Of a stretch of 64,000 bases of DNA, positions 1-12,712 are shown one piece after another. The number at the start of each line of letters is the position of its first letter. Within the stretch, counting starts at the first letter, position 1. The stretch is taken from positions 2,130 through 66,129 of the forward strand of contig JAMPXO010000012.1 in NCBI GenBank assembly GCA_023701125.1. Reading direction: 5' to 3'. Both the position numbers and the translations under genes were made by a program. The notes under the pieces are model-generated. The model saw nothing but the letters and a program-made list of their open reading frames with translations. It ran no database searches and had not been told where the DNA came from. The stretch is from Vicinamibacteria bacterium. Its GTDB lineage: Bacteria; Acidobacteriota; Vicinamibacteria; Fen-336.

Positions 1-205
1 CGTGCAGCCCGAGGTCGAACAACTCGGCGGCCACCACCGCCAGCGCGGCGAGGAACGCGAAGTCGCCGAAATCGTCGACTCCGAGACCGCGCATCAGCAG
101 CAGCGAGGTGACGAACGTCAGGGCGCGGCTGCCCGCCTCGGCGAGCAACCGCACCACGCTGCCGCGGGTGGCTTCCTTCCCCCCGGCGGCGTCCGCGCCG
201 TCCAT
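1..205 (-). CDS. Polysaccharide/oligosaccharide flippase (MOP/Wzx-like), N-terminal fragment running off the window
   Basis: My own translation of the minus strand from ATG at 205: [68 protein letters not shown]. This is typical of the N-terminus and first TM of MOP flippases. GC3 is high. It is not in the ORF track because no stop lies inside the window. Confidence 0.45.
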   Translation of the reverse strand, partial: MDGADAAGGKEATRGSVVRLLAEAGSRALTFVTSLLLMRGLGVDDFGDFAFLAALAVVAAELFDLGLH

Positions 206-224
206 GCCCGGCGCTATGCCGCCG

Positions 225-437
225 TCAGCGCACGCGGCAGGAGGAGGCCCCGACACCGGAGCCACAGCGCTTGCCGACGACGTTGCCGCCGCCGTCGAGG
301 AAATTCACGCAGACGAACCCGTCCTGGCAGTCGGAATCCTGCTCGCAGACGTCGCACTCGTCGCCCTTGGTGCACGATGCGAGGGGCACGGTGGCGAGCA
401 GCATGAGGGCGAGGAGGAGGCGGGGGCTTCGCTTCAT
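225..437 (-). CDS. Small secreted Cys-rich lipoprotein (70 aa)
   Basis: Signal peptide [21 protein letters not shown]|C with lipobox L-A-S-C. The mature 49 aa peptide has 6 further Cys (possibly 3 disulfides). GC3 is very high in this frame. Confidence 0.6.
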   Translation of the reverse strand: MKRSPRLLLALMLLATVPLASCTKGDECDVCEQDSDCQDGFVCVNFLDGGGNVVGKRCGSGVGASSCRVR

Positions 438-518
438 CGGGCCATGTTACACCGGTCCAAGTCACTCTGCCCATTGGCTTTGACCGTCCTGCACCCGCGT
501 GGTACCTTGACCGTTCCT

Positions 519-3316
<2,798 letters not shown>

Positions 3317-3320
<4 letters not shown>

Positions 3321-3898
3321 GCGTGATCGCTGCCCTCGGCGAGCGCCGCGGCCTGGCGACCCTGGCGCTGGTCCTGGTCGTGCTCGACCAGTGGACGAAG
3401 AGCCTGGTGGTGGCCCGCCTGCGCCTGCACGAGAGCGCCGAGGTGATCGCCGGTTTCGTCGACCTGACCCACGTCCGCAACCGCGGCGGCGCCTTCGGCT
3501 TCCTGGCCGACGCCAACCTGCCGATGCAGCCGCTGTGGTTCGGCGCCATCGGCGTGGTCGCCACCTGCGCCATCGCCTGGTACTCGCTGCGCACGCCGAT
3601 GACCGAGCGGATCGTGCAGTGGGCGCTGGCGCTGGTGCTGTCGGGCGCCGTCGGCAACCTGATCGACCGCGCCCGCTTCGGCTACGTGATCGACTTCGTC
3701 GACGTCTACTGGGGGCCGCACCACTGGCCGGCCTTCAACGTCGCCGACTCGGCGATCACCGTCGGCGTGGTGCTGCTGGTGATCGACATGCTGCGCCGGC
3801 CCGACGAGGAGCCGGCACCTTCCCCGGACCAACCCGCCTCCGCGGGCCCCGGCGCCGCCGATGGCGGCAGCCCGCGGGTCGCGGCGGCCGCGGAGTAG
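3317..3898 (+). CDS. lspA: Lipoprotein signal peptidase II
   Basis: [13 protein letters not shown]...DQWTKSLV...NRGGAFGF...NLIDR...VIDFVD...[12 protein letters not shown] overlap with the ileS stop. ileS-lspA is a classical conserved pair. Confidence 0.93.
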
Positions 3899-3907
3899 AC
3901 CCCCTCC

Positions 3908-4741
3908 ATGTTCCCGCGCCTGTTCACGATCCCGGCCTTCGACCTCGCCGGCCGCAGCCTCGGCCCGTTCACGCTGCACAGCTACGGCCTGCTGCTCGCC
4001 GTCGCCTTCATCTCCGGCCTGTGGATCGCCTCGCGCCAGGCCAAACGCGAGGGGCTCGACCAGAACCGCGTCGCCGACCTCGCCATCTACGTGCTGCTGT
4101 CGGGCCTGCTCGGCGCCAAGCTGATGCTGCTGATCGTCGAGTGGCGCGGCTTCACCTGGAGCGTGTCCGAGCTGATGACGCTGCTGCAGAGCGGCGGCGT
4201 GTTCTACGGCGGGCTGCTGCTGGCGCTGCCGGTGGCCTTCTGGTACGCGCGCCACTACGGACTCGACGTGTGGAAGACCGCCGACGCGCTGGCCCCGGGC
4301 GTGATCCTCGGCCAGGCCATCGGCCGCCTCGGTTGCCTGTGCGCCGGTTGCTGCCACGGGCGGCCCACCGACCTGCCGTGGGGCGTCACCTACACCGACG
4401 AGTACGCGTCGCGCACCGTGGGCGTGCCGCTGGGCCAGACGATGCACCCGGTCCAGCTCTACGAGTCGGTGCTGGCCTTCGCCATCCTGTGGTGGCTGCT
4501 GCGCGCGGCGAAGCGGAAGAAGTTCGACGGCCAGATCGTGCTGTCCTACCTCGGTCTCTACGCCGTGGCCCGCTTCGGGCTCGAGACCTTCCGCGGCGAC
4601 GTCGCCCGCGGCTTCGCGTTCGGCGGCCTGCTGTCGACCTCGCAGCTCGTGGCGATCGGGATGTTCGTGCTGGCGGCGGTGCTGTGGCCGCGGCTGTCGC
4701 GCTCGCGCAAGCTGGACCCGGCACCCGCCGTCGAAGGCTGA
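3908..4741 (+). CDS. lgt: Prolipoprotein diacylglyceryl transferase
   Basis: 277 aa multi-TM protein with Lgt signature blocks (HSYGLLLAVAF, GRLGC..AGCCHGRPTDLPWGV, HPVQLYES). Confidence 0.95.
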   Translation: MFPRLFTIPAFDLAGRSLGPFTLHSYGLLLAVAFISGLWIASRQAKREGLDQNRVADLAIYVLLSGLLGAKLMLLIVEWRGFTWSVSELMTLLQSGGVFYGGLLLALPVAFWYARHYGLDVWKTADALAPGVILGQAIGRLGCLCAGCCHGRPTDLPWGVTYTDEYASRTVGVPLGQTMHPVQLYESVLAFAILWWLLRAAKRKKFDGQIVLSYLGLYAVARFGLETFRGDVARGFAFGGLLSTSQLVAIGMFVLAAVLWPRLSRSRKLDPAPAVEG

Positions 4742-4760
4742 GCCGGGCTCGGCCCCGGCC

Positions 4761-5714
4761 GTGAGCGAGCCCGCCCCGGAAGCGCTGGTCGCCGGACCGG
4801 AGGCGCGCGGCGAGCGGCTCGACCGCTATCTCGCCTTGCGCCGGCCGGACCTGTCGCGGGCCCGCGTGCAGGCGCTGATCGACGCCGGCGACGTGCGCGT
4901 CGACGGCGCCGGCACTCGCGCCGCATACCGGCTGAAGGGCGGCGAGACGATCGACGTCCACGTGCCGCCGCCGGTCGACCCGACGCCGCAGCCCGAGGAC
5001 ATCCCGCTGCGCGTGCTGTACGAGGACCCGCGGCTGCTGGTCGTCGACAAGGACGCAGGCCTGGCGATGCACCCGGGCGCCGGTCGCTCCAGCGGTACTC
5101 TGGTCAACGCCCTGCTCCACCACGTGGTCGACCTGTCGGGCATCGGCGGCGAGCTGCGGCCCGGCCTCGTCCACCGCCTCGACAAGGGCACCTCGGGGCT
5201 CGTGCTGGTGGCCAAGGACGACGCCACCCACCGCTTCCTGGCCGCCCAGTTCGCCGCCCGCAGCGTGCACAAGGAGTACCTCGCGATCGTGCTCGGCCGC
5301 CCGCCGCTGGCCGCCGGCCGGATCGAGCGCGCGATCGGCCGCGACCCCATCCACCGCAAGCGGATGAAGGTCGACGCGCCGCGGGGCCGCCACGCGATCA
5401 GCGAGTGGACCGTCGAGCGCTGGCTCGACGCCGCCGCGCTGGTGCGAGTGCGGATCCTGACCGGTCGCACGCATCAGATCCGTGTCCACCTGGCGTCGAT
5501 CGGCCACCCCGTCGCGGGCGACAGCCTGTACGGCGCCCGCGTCAGCCCCGGCTGCAAGCGGCCGGAGGCGCGGGCAGCGGTGGCGGCGCTCGACCGACCC
5601 GCGCTGCACGCGACGCGGCTGCGCTTCACTCACCCCGACGGACGCGAGCTGGCGTTCGAGAGCCCGCTGCCCGACGATCTGCGGCGGTTGCTGGCCGCGC
5701 TGGAGGAGACATGA
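4761..5714 (+). CDS. rluD: RluA-family 23S rRNA pseudouridine synthase (RluD-like)
   Basis: S4 domain followed by the catalytic HRLDKGTSGLVLVAKD motif and the ...GRTHQIRVH block. GTG start. Confidence 0.9.
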   Translation: MSEPAPEALVAGPEARGERLDRYLALRRPDLSRARVQALIDAGDVRVDGAGTRAAYRLKGGETIDVHVPPPVDPTPQPEDIPLRVLYEDPRLLVVDKDAGLAMHPGAGRSSGTLVNALLHHVVDLSGIGGELRPGLVHRLDKGTSGLVLVAKDDATHRFLAAQFAARSVHKEYLAIVLGRPPLAAGRIERAIGRDPIHRKRMKVDAPRGRHAISEWTVERWLDAAALVRVRILTGRTHQIRVHLASIGHPVAGDSLYGARVSPGCKRPEARAAVAALDRPALHATRLRFTHPDGRELAFESPLPDDLRRLLAALEET

Positions 5715-6259
5715 AGGACGAGGCGGGCGGGAGCCGGCTGGACGGCCGCCGGATCTACGAGGGCAAGGTGCTCTCCCTCGACCTCGAAGAAGTCGAGGAG
5801 CCGGGCGACGTGCGCGCGACCCGCGAGGTCGTGCGCCACTCGGGCTCGGTCGCGGTGCTGCCGGTTCACGAGGACGGGTCGCTCGTGCTCGTCCGCCAGT
5901 ACCGCTGGCCCGCTCGCGCGCTGGTGTGGGAGCTGCCTGCCGGCCGCCGCGACCCCGGCGAGACGCCCGAAGAAGGCGCCCGCCGCGAGCTGGTCGAAGA
6001 GGTGGGGCTGGAGACAGGCGCGCTCGAGAAGATCGCGGAGTTCTGGACGACGCCCGGCTTCTGCGACGAGGTGATGCACCTGTATCGCGCGACCGACCTC
6101 CGCCAGGGCACCGCGCGCCCCGAGGCGGACGAGCGGATCGAAGCCCGGCGCTTCAGCCTCGCCGAGGCCCTGGCCGCGGTCGACCGTGGCGAGATCCGTG
6201 AGGGCAAGACGTTGGTGGCCCTGCTGATGGAGGCCCGGCGCCGCCGGATTGATACATAA
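5711..6259 (+). CDS. NUDIX hydrolase (ADP-ribose pyrophosphatase-like)
   Basis: Nudix box GRRDPGETPEEGARRELVEEVGL. ATGA overlap with the rluD stop. Confidence 0.85.
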   Translation: MKDEAGGSRLDGRRIYEGKVLSLDLEEVEEPGDVRATREVVRHSGSVAVLPVHEDGSLVLVRQYRWPARALVWELPAGRRDPGETPEEGARRELVEEVGLETGALEKIAEFWTTPGFCDEVMHLYRATDLRQGTARPEADERIEARRFSLAEALAAVDRGEIREGKTLVALLMEARRRRIDT

Positions 6260-6260
6260 C

Positions 6261-6297
6261 ACAAAGCGAATGATATCGATAGATTCATTCGCTTTGT
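6261..6297. terminator. Perfect 13-bp inverted repeat (ACAAAGCGAATGA / TCATTCGCTTTGT) with an 11-nt loop containing the palindrome TATCGATA, inside an AT-rich island
   Basis: Read directly from the sequence. It starts 2 nt after the NUDIX stop (TAA 6257-6259) and about 70 nt upstream of terC. It is either a terminator hairpin or an operator. Confidence 0.45.
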
Positions 6298-6366
6298 ATA
6301 TCATTCAGGATTCGCCTATCGTTCCCCCGTCGCGGCGTCCCGAGATTGTCGCCGCCGGAGGAATGC

Positions 6367-7473
6367 ATGTTCTGGATGTACGCGGGCTTCATCACGCTGG
6401 TGCTGGTGCTGCTGGCGCTGGACCTCGGGGTGTTCAACCGCAAGGCGCACGTGGTTTCGGTCAAGGAGGCGCTCGGCTGGTCGGCGTTCTGGATCGCCCT
6501 GGGCATGGCCTTCGCGGCCTTCGTCTACGTGGGCTACGACCGCCACTGGATGGGCCTGGGCCTGACCCCGGACTTCATGAGCGCGCAGCCGCAGGCGCTC
6601 GAGGGCGTCGGCCTCGTCTACAACGACGGGCCCACCGCGGCGATCAAGTACGTCACCGGCTACGTGGTCGAGAAGTCGCTCGCGGTCGACAACATCTTCG
6701 TGATCGCGATGATCTTCTCGTTCTTCGCGGTGCCGCCGATCTACCAGCACCGGGTGCTGTTCTGGGGCATCGTCGGCGCGCTGCTGATGCGCGGCGTGAT
6801 GATCGCCCTCGGCGCCCGGCTGATCGCCGAGTTCTCCTGGATCATCTACGTCTTCGGCGGCTTCCTGATCCTGACCGGCATCAAGATGCTGTTCATGCCC
6901 GAGGGCAAGAACGACCTCGAGCAGAACCCCGGCGTGCGCCTGGTCCGCCGGCTGTTCCCGATCACCGAGCGCTATCACGGCGAGCACTTCTTCGTGCGCG
7001 CGGGTTCCGACGCTTCCCACGAGGCCGCCGTCCCGGGCGCCGCGATGGAGCAGGACCGGGTCGTCGACGCCGCGAAGGCGGGCACCTTGCTGGCGACCCC
7101 GCTGATGCTCGCGCTGGTGATGGTCGAGGTGACGGACCTGATCTTCGCGGTCGACTCGATCCCGGCCATCTTCGCGATCACGGGCGACCCGTTCCTGGTC
7201 TTCACCAGCAACATCTTCGCGATCCTCGGCCTGCGCTCGCTCTACTTCGCGCTGGCCGGCATGATCGAGCGCTTCAAGTACCTGAAGGTCTCGCTGTCGG
7301 CCGTGCTGGTGATCGTCGGCGTCAAGATGATGACCCACGTCCAGCTCAAGGCGTGGCTCGGCCCCAACTTCAACCTGTACCTGCTCGGCGTCGTGCTGGG
7401 CGTGCTGATCCTGGGCGTGGTCGCCTCGCTGTGGGCGACCCGCGGCGACGCGGAGCACAAGCCCGCAGCCTGA
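6367..7473 (+). CDS. terC: TerC/Alx-family integral membrane protein
   Basis: Multi-TM protein with TerC blocks (LALDLGVFN, EKSLAVDNIFV, DLIFAVDSIPAI, SNIFAILGLRSLYF). GGAGGA lies 4 nt before ATG 6367. The ORF-track start at 6346 is a TTG. Confidence 0.9.
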   Translation: MFWMYAGFITLVLVLLALDLGVFNRKAHVVSVKEALGWSAFWIALGMAFAAFVYVGYDRHWMGLGLTPDFMSAQPQALEGVGLVYNDGPTAAIKYVTGYVVEKSLAVDNIFVIAMIFSFFAVPPIYQHRVLFWGIVGALLMRGVMIALGARLIAEFSWIIYVFGGFLILTGIKMLFMPEGKNDLEQNPGVRLVRRLFPITERYHGEHFFVRAGSDASHEAAVPGAAMEQDRVVDAAKAGTLLATPLMLALVMVEVTDLIFAVDSIPAIFAITGDPFLVFTSNIFAILGLRSLYFALAGMIERFKYLKVSLSAVLVIVGVKMMTHVQLKAWLGPNFNLYLLGVVLGVLILGVVASLWATRGDAEHKPAA

Positions 7474-7491
7474 GCGGGAACCCGAACGGGG

Positions 7492-7572
7492 GCTTGGGGG
7501 CGGAGGAGCGTCCGTTCGCGACGTAGCCCCCATGGGACCGGCGCCGGGTTCATCCCGGCGCCGGAACCCGAC
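7492..7572. repeat. Dispersed copy of the structured ~80-nt intergenic repeat (same family as 15521-15682)
   Basis: About four-fifths identical by eye to the 15521 element. It has the same GGGGGC...GCCCCC outer hairpin and the same 11-bp hairpin (CCGGCGCCGGG-TTCAT-CCCGGCGCCGG). It lies between the convergent terC gene and the 74-aa ORF. Confidence 0.7.
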
Positions 7573-7577
7573 GGGCG

Positions 7578-7802
7578 CTAGATCCGCTCCTCCATGAGCA
7601 CCAGGTACTGAACCTGGGCCCACGGCACGAGGATCTGGCTGACGACGGTCTCGATCTGGCCGCCCTCGGAGACGGCCCGCTGGACCTCGAAGACGACGCC
7701 GACGCTGTCCGAGTGCTGCACTGTGACGTCGTGCCACGCGTTGCTGGCGGTGACGATCTGGCGGATGCGGACACCCACCATCAGCACGCCCTTGTCACTC
7801 AT
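7578..7802 (-). CDS. Hypothetical small protein (74 aa) translationally coupled to ino1
   Basis: ATG lies 4 nt after the ino1 stop. GC3 is very high. The sequence looks beta-rich (VLMVGVRIRQIV...VGVVFEVQ...ILVPWAQVQYLVLMEE). I recognise no family. Confidence 0.6.
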   Translation of the reverse strand: MSDKGVLMVGVRIRQIVTASNAWHDVTVQHSDSVGVVFEVQRAVSEGGQIETVVSQILVPWAQVQYLVLMEERI

Positions 7803-7806
7803 CGGG

Positions 7807-9126
<1,320 letters not shown>

Positions 9127-9232
9127 GTCGAAAGACTCCTTGGGGGTCCGAGAAACCGGGCCCTGCGAGGGGCGAATCTTAACACGCAGGCCGCGGCTCG
9201 GCGGCAGCCGCGCGCTGCTGCGGACCGCCCCG

Positions 9233-9448
9233 CTACGGGGCGACGCGCCCCTCGCGTTCGAGGAACTCGAGCGCTGCCGCGGTCAGCTCGCGGTCGTGCC
9301 GGGGGCCGACGAAACGCTTCTCCCCGACGTGGTAGTGGAGGATGCCGGAGCGCGACAGCCGCTCCTCGGTCTCGAAGCAGTAGAAAAGCAGGATCCGGCC
9401 CTCGCGGGGAACGCTGTCGTCGAAGAAGGTGAGCCGCAGGTCGCGCAA
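9233..9448 (-). CDS. Hypothetical small protein (71 aa, TTG start)
   Basis: GC3 in this frame is above 90% by eye and the composition is protein-like (ILLFYCFETEERLSRSGILHYHVGEKRF). It lies downstream of a good sigma70-like promoter. The overlapping alternative frame 9283-9480 is Ser/Thr/Pro-rich junk. Confidence 0.45.
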   Translation of the reverse strand: MRDLRLTFFDDSVPREGRILLFYCFETEERLSRSGILHYHVGEKRFVGPRHDRELTAAALEFLEREGRVAP

Positions 9449-9528
9449 GTGGTGTCGGATTCCTTCACGTCGACCGCCAAGTTGGTGAGCGGGCCTCAGG
9501 CCCTCTCACGTGGCGGAAAGTGCGAGTC

Positions 9529-9558
9529 AAGATAGGGATCGTTGCTCGCGACTGTCAA
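9529..9558 (-). promoter_or_regulatory. Sigma70-like promoter TTGACA-18-TATCTT
   Basis: Minus strand reads cCTTGACAgtcgcgagcaacgatcccTATCTTg. An 11-bp, one-mismatch hairpin (9485-9509, GTGAGAGGGCC-tga-GGCCCGCTCAC) follows in the leader. Confidence 0.4.
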
Positions 9559-9806
9559 GGCTGCGTGCGCCCGCCATCGACGCCCTCTCGCGCCCGGCAC
9601 GATCGCGTCGCCGCGCCAGTCCACCGCCTCACGATCCGTTTTTTTTTCAGCCACGACTGGAGCGGTCAGCAGGCGCCAGATCGACGAGCGTGGCGCCTCG
9701 TCCGCCGCGTTTCACGAGTGCGTCGCGGATCTGGAGGACTCCAGAAAGCGAAGTCAGTGCGCGGCACACTCGCCGCGACGCACGTCGCCCGCGGACTCTT
9801 CGTCCG

Positions 9807-10244
9807 CTACGGACGAGGGCCCTGGCGCAGGCTCTCCCACGCCAGGCGGAAGAAGCCGACGATCGACTCGCTGTCGCCGAGTTCGAGGCGCAGGAACGCC
9901 TTGCCGATCGGGTCCCAGGCCGAGCCGCCGGGCAACACCACGACCATCGGCCACGGGGAGATGCCGCGCAGCGGCGAGCGCTGCGTCTCCAGCCAGCGCC
10001 CTCCCAGCCGCTTGACCATCACCTCGCCGACGTAGCAGCCGAGCACGAACAGCGCCTCGGCGACGTCCTCGCCGGTGTAACCGTCCTCGCGCAGGCTCTC
10101 GATCTGGACGTCGACCTCGTCGAGGCTGGCCGGCGAGTAGTCGAGGGTCATGTCGAACTCTTCCCACGCCGCGCGCACGGCCAGCTTTGCGTGGTGCGAG
10201 GCGTTGTCCGCGTTCGCGGGGTACTTGAGAGCGAGCGACTTCAC
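9807..10244 (-). CDS. Hypothetical cytoplasmic protein (145 aa), last gene of the sulfate operon
   Basis: GTG start 10 nt after the cysA stop. GC3 is high and there are no TM segments. I recognise no family with confidence. Confidence 0.65.
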   Translation of the reverse strand: MKSLALKYPANADNASHHAKLAVRAAWEEFDMTLDYSPASLDEVDVQIESLREDGYTGEDVAEALFVLGCYVGEVMVKRLGGRWLETQRSPLRGISPWPMVVVLPGGSAWDPIGKAFLRLELGDSESIVGFFRLAWESLRQGPRP

Positions 10245-10254
10245 CGTTGCGATG

Positions 10255-11004
10255 TTACTGGGCCGCGTGACAGATCGCGACGGGCTCGGCCTGCAGGAAG
10301 TCGGCGACGAAGGGCGTGGCCGGCCGGCGGGCGATGTCGTCGGGCGTGCCCTCCTGCTCGATGCGGCCGTCGTTCAGCACCGCCACCCGGTGCGCCAGCG
10401 ACAGCGCCTCCTCCTGGTCGTGGGTCACGAACACGCTGGTCAGCCCGATCTTGTCGTGCAGCCCGCGCAGCCACGCTCGCAACTGGCGCCGGACCCGCGC
10501 GTCGAGCGCACCGAACGGCTCGTCGAGCAGCAGCACCCGCGGCTCCACCGCCAGCGCCCGCGCCAGCGCCACCCGCTGGCGCTGGCCGCCCGAGAGCTGC
10601 GACGGGTAGCGGTCCGCCATCCAGCCGAGCTGGACCAGCTCGAGCAGTTCGCGGACGCGACCCTGGATGTCCTGCTCGGACGGGCGGGTGGCGCGGCCGC
10701 GCACGCGCAGGCCGAAGGCCACGTTCTCGAACACGTTCATGTGGCGGAACAGCGCGTAGTGCTGGAAGACGAAGCCGACGCGGCGATGACGGGCATCCTG
10801 GCGGGTCGCGTCTTCGCCCGCGAACAGCACCTGTCCCGCGTCCGGCCGCTCCAGCCCCGCGATGATCCGCAACAGGCTGGTCTTGCCGGAGCCGGATGGC
10901 CCGAGCAGCGCGACCAGGCTGCCGGTCTCGACCTTGAGGCTGACGCCGGCGAGCGCCTGGTGGTTGCCGAAGCGCTTGTGGATGTCCCGGACCTCGATGC
11001 TCAT
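10255..11004 (-). CDS. cysA: Sulfate/thiosulfate ABC transporter ATP-binding protein (short form)
   Basis: Walker [10 protein letters not shown], signature [15 protein letters not shown], Walker B LLLDEP. ATGA overlap with cysW. At 249 aa it lacks most of the usual C-terminal regulatory domain. Confidence 0.92.
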   Translation of the reverse strand: MSIEVRDIHKRFGNHQALAGVSLKVETGSLVALLGPSGSGKTSLLRIIAGLERPDAGQVLFAGEDATRQDARHRRVGFVFQHYALFRHMNVFENVAFGLRVRGRATRPSEQDIQGRVRELLELVQLGWMADRYPSQLSGGQRQRVALARALAVEPRVLLLDEPFGALDARVRRQLRAWLRGLHDKIGLTSVFVTHDQEEALSLAHRVAVLNDGRIEQEGTPDDIARRPATPFVADFLQAEPVAICHAAQ

Positions 11005-11870
11005 CGCGAGCCCCCGATGCGGCGCTCCAGCAGCGCCTTCGCGACCAGCGTGCCGATGGCGAGGAACGCCAGCAGCGAGGCGACCGCGAAGGCAGCCTGG
11101 AAGCGATATTCGTTGTAGAGGATCTCCACGTGCAGCGGCAGCGTGTTGGTCAGGCCGCGGATGTGCCCGGAGACCACGGACACGGCGCCGAACTCGCCCA
11201 TCGCCCGCGCGTTGGCGAGGATCACGCCGTACAGCAGGCCGAAGCGGATGTTGGGCAGCGTCACCCGCCAGAACATCTGGAAACCCGACGCGCCCAGCGT
11301 GCGCGCGGCTTCTTCCTCGTCGCGGCCCTCGGCCTCGAGCAGCGGGATCAGCTCGCGAGCCACGAACGGCAGGGTCACGAACAGCGTCGCCAGCACGATC
11401 CCCGGCACCGCGAAGATGACCTTGACGCCGTGCTCCGCGAGGGCCGGGCCGAACAGGCCCTGGCGCCCGAACAGCAGCACGAAGACGAGGCCGGCGATCA
11501 CGGGCGAGACCGCGAACGGCAGGTCGATCAGCGCCAGCAGCAGGCGCCGGCCGCGGAAGTCGAAGCGCGCGATCAGCCACGCGGCCGCCACGCCGAAGAC
11601 GGTGACCAGCGGCACCGACAGCGCCGCCACCTTCAGCGTCAGCCACAGCGCGGCGCGCGCTTCGGGCTCGGAGACGGCCGCGACCCAGGCTTCCCCGCCT
11701 TTCGACAACGCCTCCGTGAACACGGCGACCAGCGGCAAGAACAGGAACAGGCCGAGGAAGCCGAGCGCGGCAGCGGTCAGCGCCAGCCGCACCGGCCGGC
11801 TGTCCTCGCTGGCCGACAGCGCCGCCCGGGTCAGCGGCTGCGCTCGCCGCGCCGCGACGATCGCGCTCAC
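11001..11870 (-). CDS. cysW: Sulfate ABC transporter permease CysW
   Basis: Six-TM permease with the EAA loop ([21 protein letters not shown]). GTGA overlap with the cysT stop. Confidence 0.92.
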   Translation of the reverse strand: MSAIVAARRAQPLTRAALSASEDSRPVRLALTAAALGFLGLFLFLPLVAVFTEALSKGGEAWVAAVSEPEARAALWLTLKVAALSVPLVTVFGVAAAWLIARFDFRGRRLLLALIDLPFAVSPVIAGLVFVLLFGRQGLFGPALAEHGVKVIFAVPGIVLATLFVTLPFVARELIPLLEAEGRDEEEAARTLGASGFQMFWRVTLPNIRFGLLYGVILANARAMGEFGAVSVVSGHIRGLTNTLPLHVEILYNEYRFQAAFAVASLLAFLAIGTLVAKALLERRIGGSR

Positions 11871-12712
11871 GATGCCGCCTCGCCCAGTGAGCGCCGCACG
11901 CTCCACGCCTGCAGCGTGCCGATCGCCAGCAGCAACAGCAGCGAGGCGAACAACATGACCAGGGCGATCGCGGTCGCTCCCGCGTAGTCGTACTGCTCCA
12001 GCCGGGTCATGATCAGCAGCGGCGCGATCTCGGTCTGCATCGGCATGTTGCCGGCGATGAACACGACCGAGCCGTACTCCCCCAGCGCCCGCGACAGCGC
12101 CAGGGTGACGCCGGTCAGCCACGCCGGCAGCAGCGTCGGCAGCACCACCCGCCACAGCGCCTGGACGCGGCCGGCGCCCAGCGAGGCCGCGGCCTCCTCG
12201 GCGTCGGTGCCCATCTCCTCGATCACGGGCTGCAGCGTGCGCACGACGAACGGCAGCCCGATGAAGGTGAGAGCCACCGTGATGCCCAACTCCGTGAACG
12301 CCACCTTCAGGCCGAGCGGCTCCAGGTGGCGGCCGATCCAGCCGTTGGGACCGTAGAGCGTCGTCAGCGTGATGCCAGCGACCGCGGTCGGCAGCGCGAA
12401 CGGCAGGTCGACCAGCGCGTCGACCAGCCGCTTGCCGGGAAACGGATAACGCACCAGCACCCAGGCGACCAGCAGGCCGAACAGGCCATTGAGCGCCGCC
12501 GCTGCCAGCGAGGCGCCGAAGCTGAGGCGGTAGGCGGCCAGCGCGCGCGCGTCGGTCACGGTCGCCCAGAACGCGGCCGGCCCCAGCGACGCCGCCTTCA
12601 CGGCGAGCGCTGCCAGCGGCAGCAGCACCAGCAGGCCGAGGAAGGCGGAGGTGACGCCCAGCGACAGCGAGAAGCCCGGCAGCACGCTCTCGCGCCGCAG
12701 CAGCGGGCGCAT
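11867..12712 (-). CDS. cysT: Sulfate ABC transporter permease CysT
   Basis: 281 aa permease with EAA loop [21 protein letters not shown]. It abuts sbp with no gap. Confidence 0.92.
   Translation of the reverse strand: MRPLLRRESVLPGFSLSLGVTSAFLGLLVLLPLAALAVKAASLGPAAFWATVTDARALAAYRLSFGASLAAAALNGLFGLLVAWVLVRYPFPGKRLVDALVDLPFALPTAVAGITLTTLYGPNGWIGRHLEPLGLKVAFTELGITVALTFIGLPFVVRTLQPVIEEMGTDAEEAAASLGAGRVQALWRVVLPTLLPAWLTGVTLALSRALGEYGSVVFIAGNMPMQTEIAPLLIMTRLEQYDYAGATAIALVMLFASLLLLLAIGTLQAWSVRRSLGEAAS

Noticed and set aside
6297-6366. A yybP-ykoY (Mn2+) riboswitch or alx-type leader upstream of the TerC-family gene.
   Set aside because: I could not find the conserved GGGGAGUAG or other consensus blocks by eye. 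Only a covariance-model scan could settle it.
9283-9480. An alternative 65-aa ORF overlapping the 71-aa ORF.
   Set aside because: It is Ser/Thr/Pro/Ala-rich and sits in the frame with poor third-position GC bias. The 9233-9448 frame has the coding signature.
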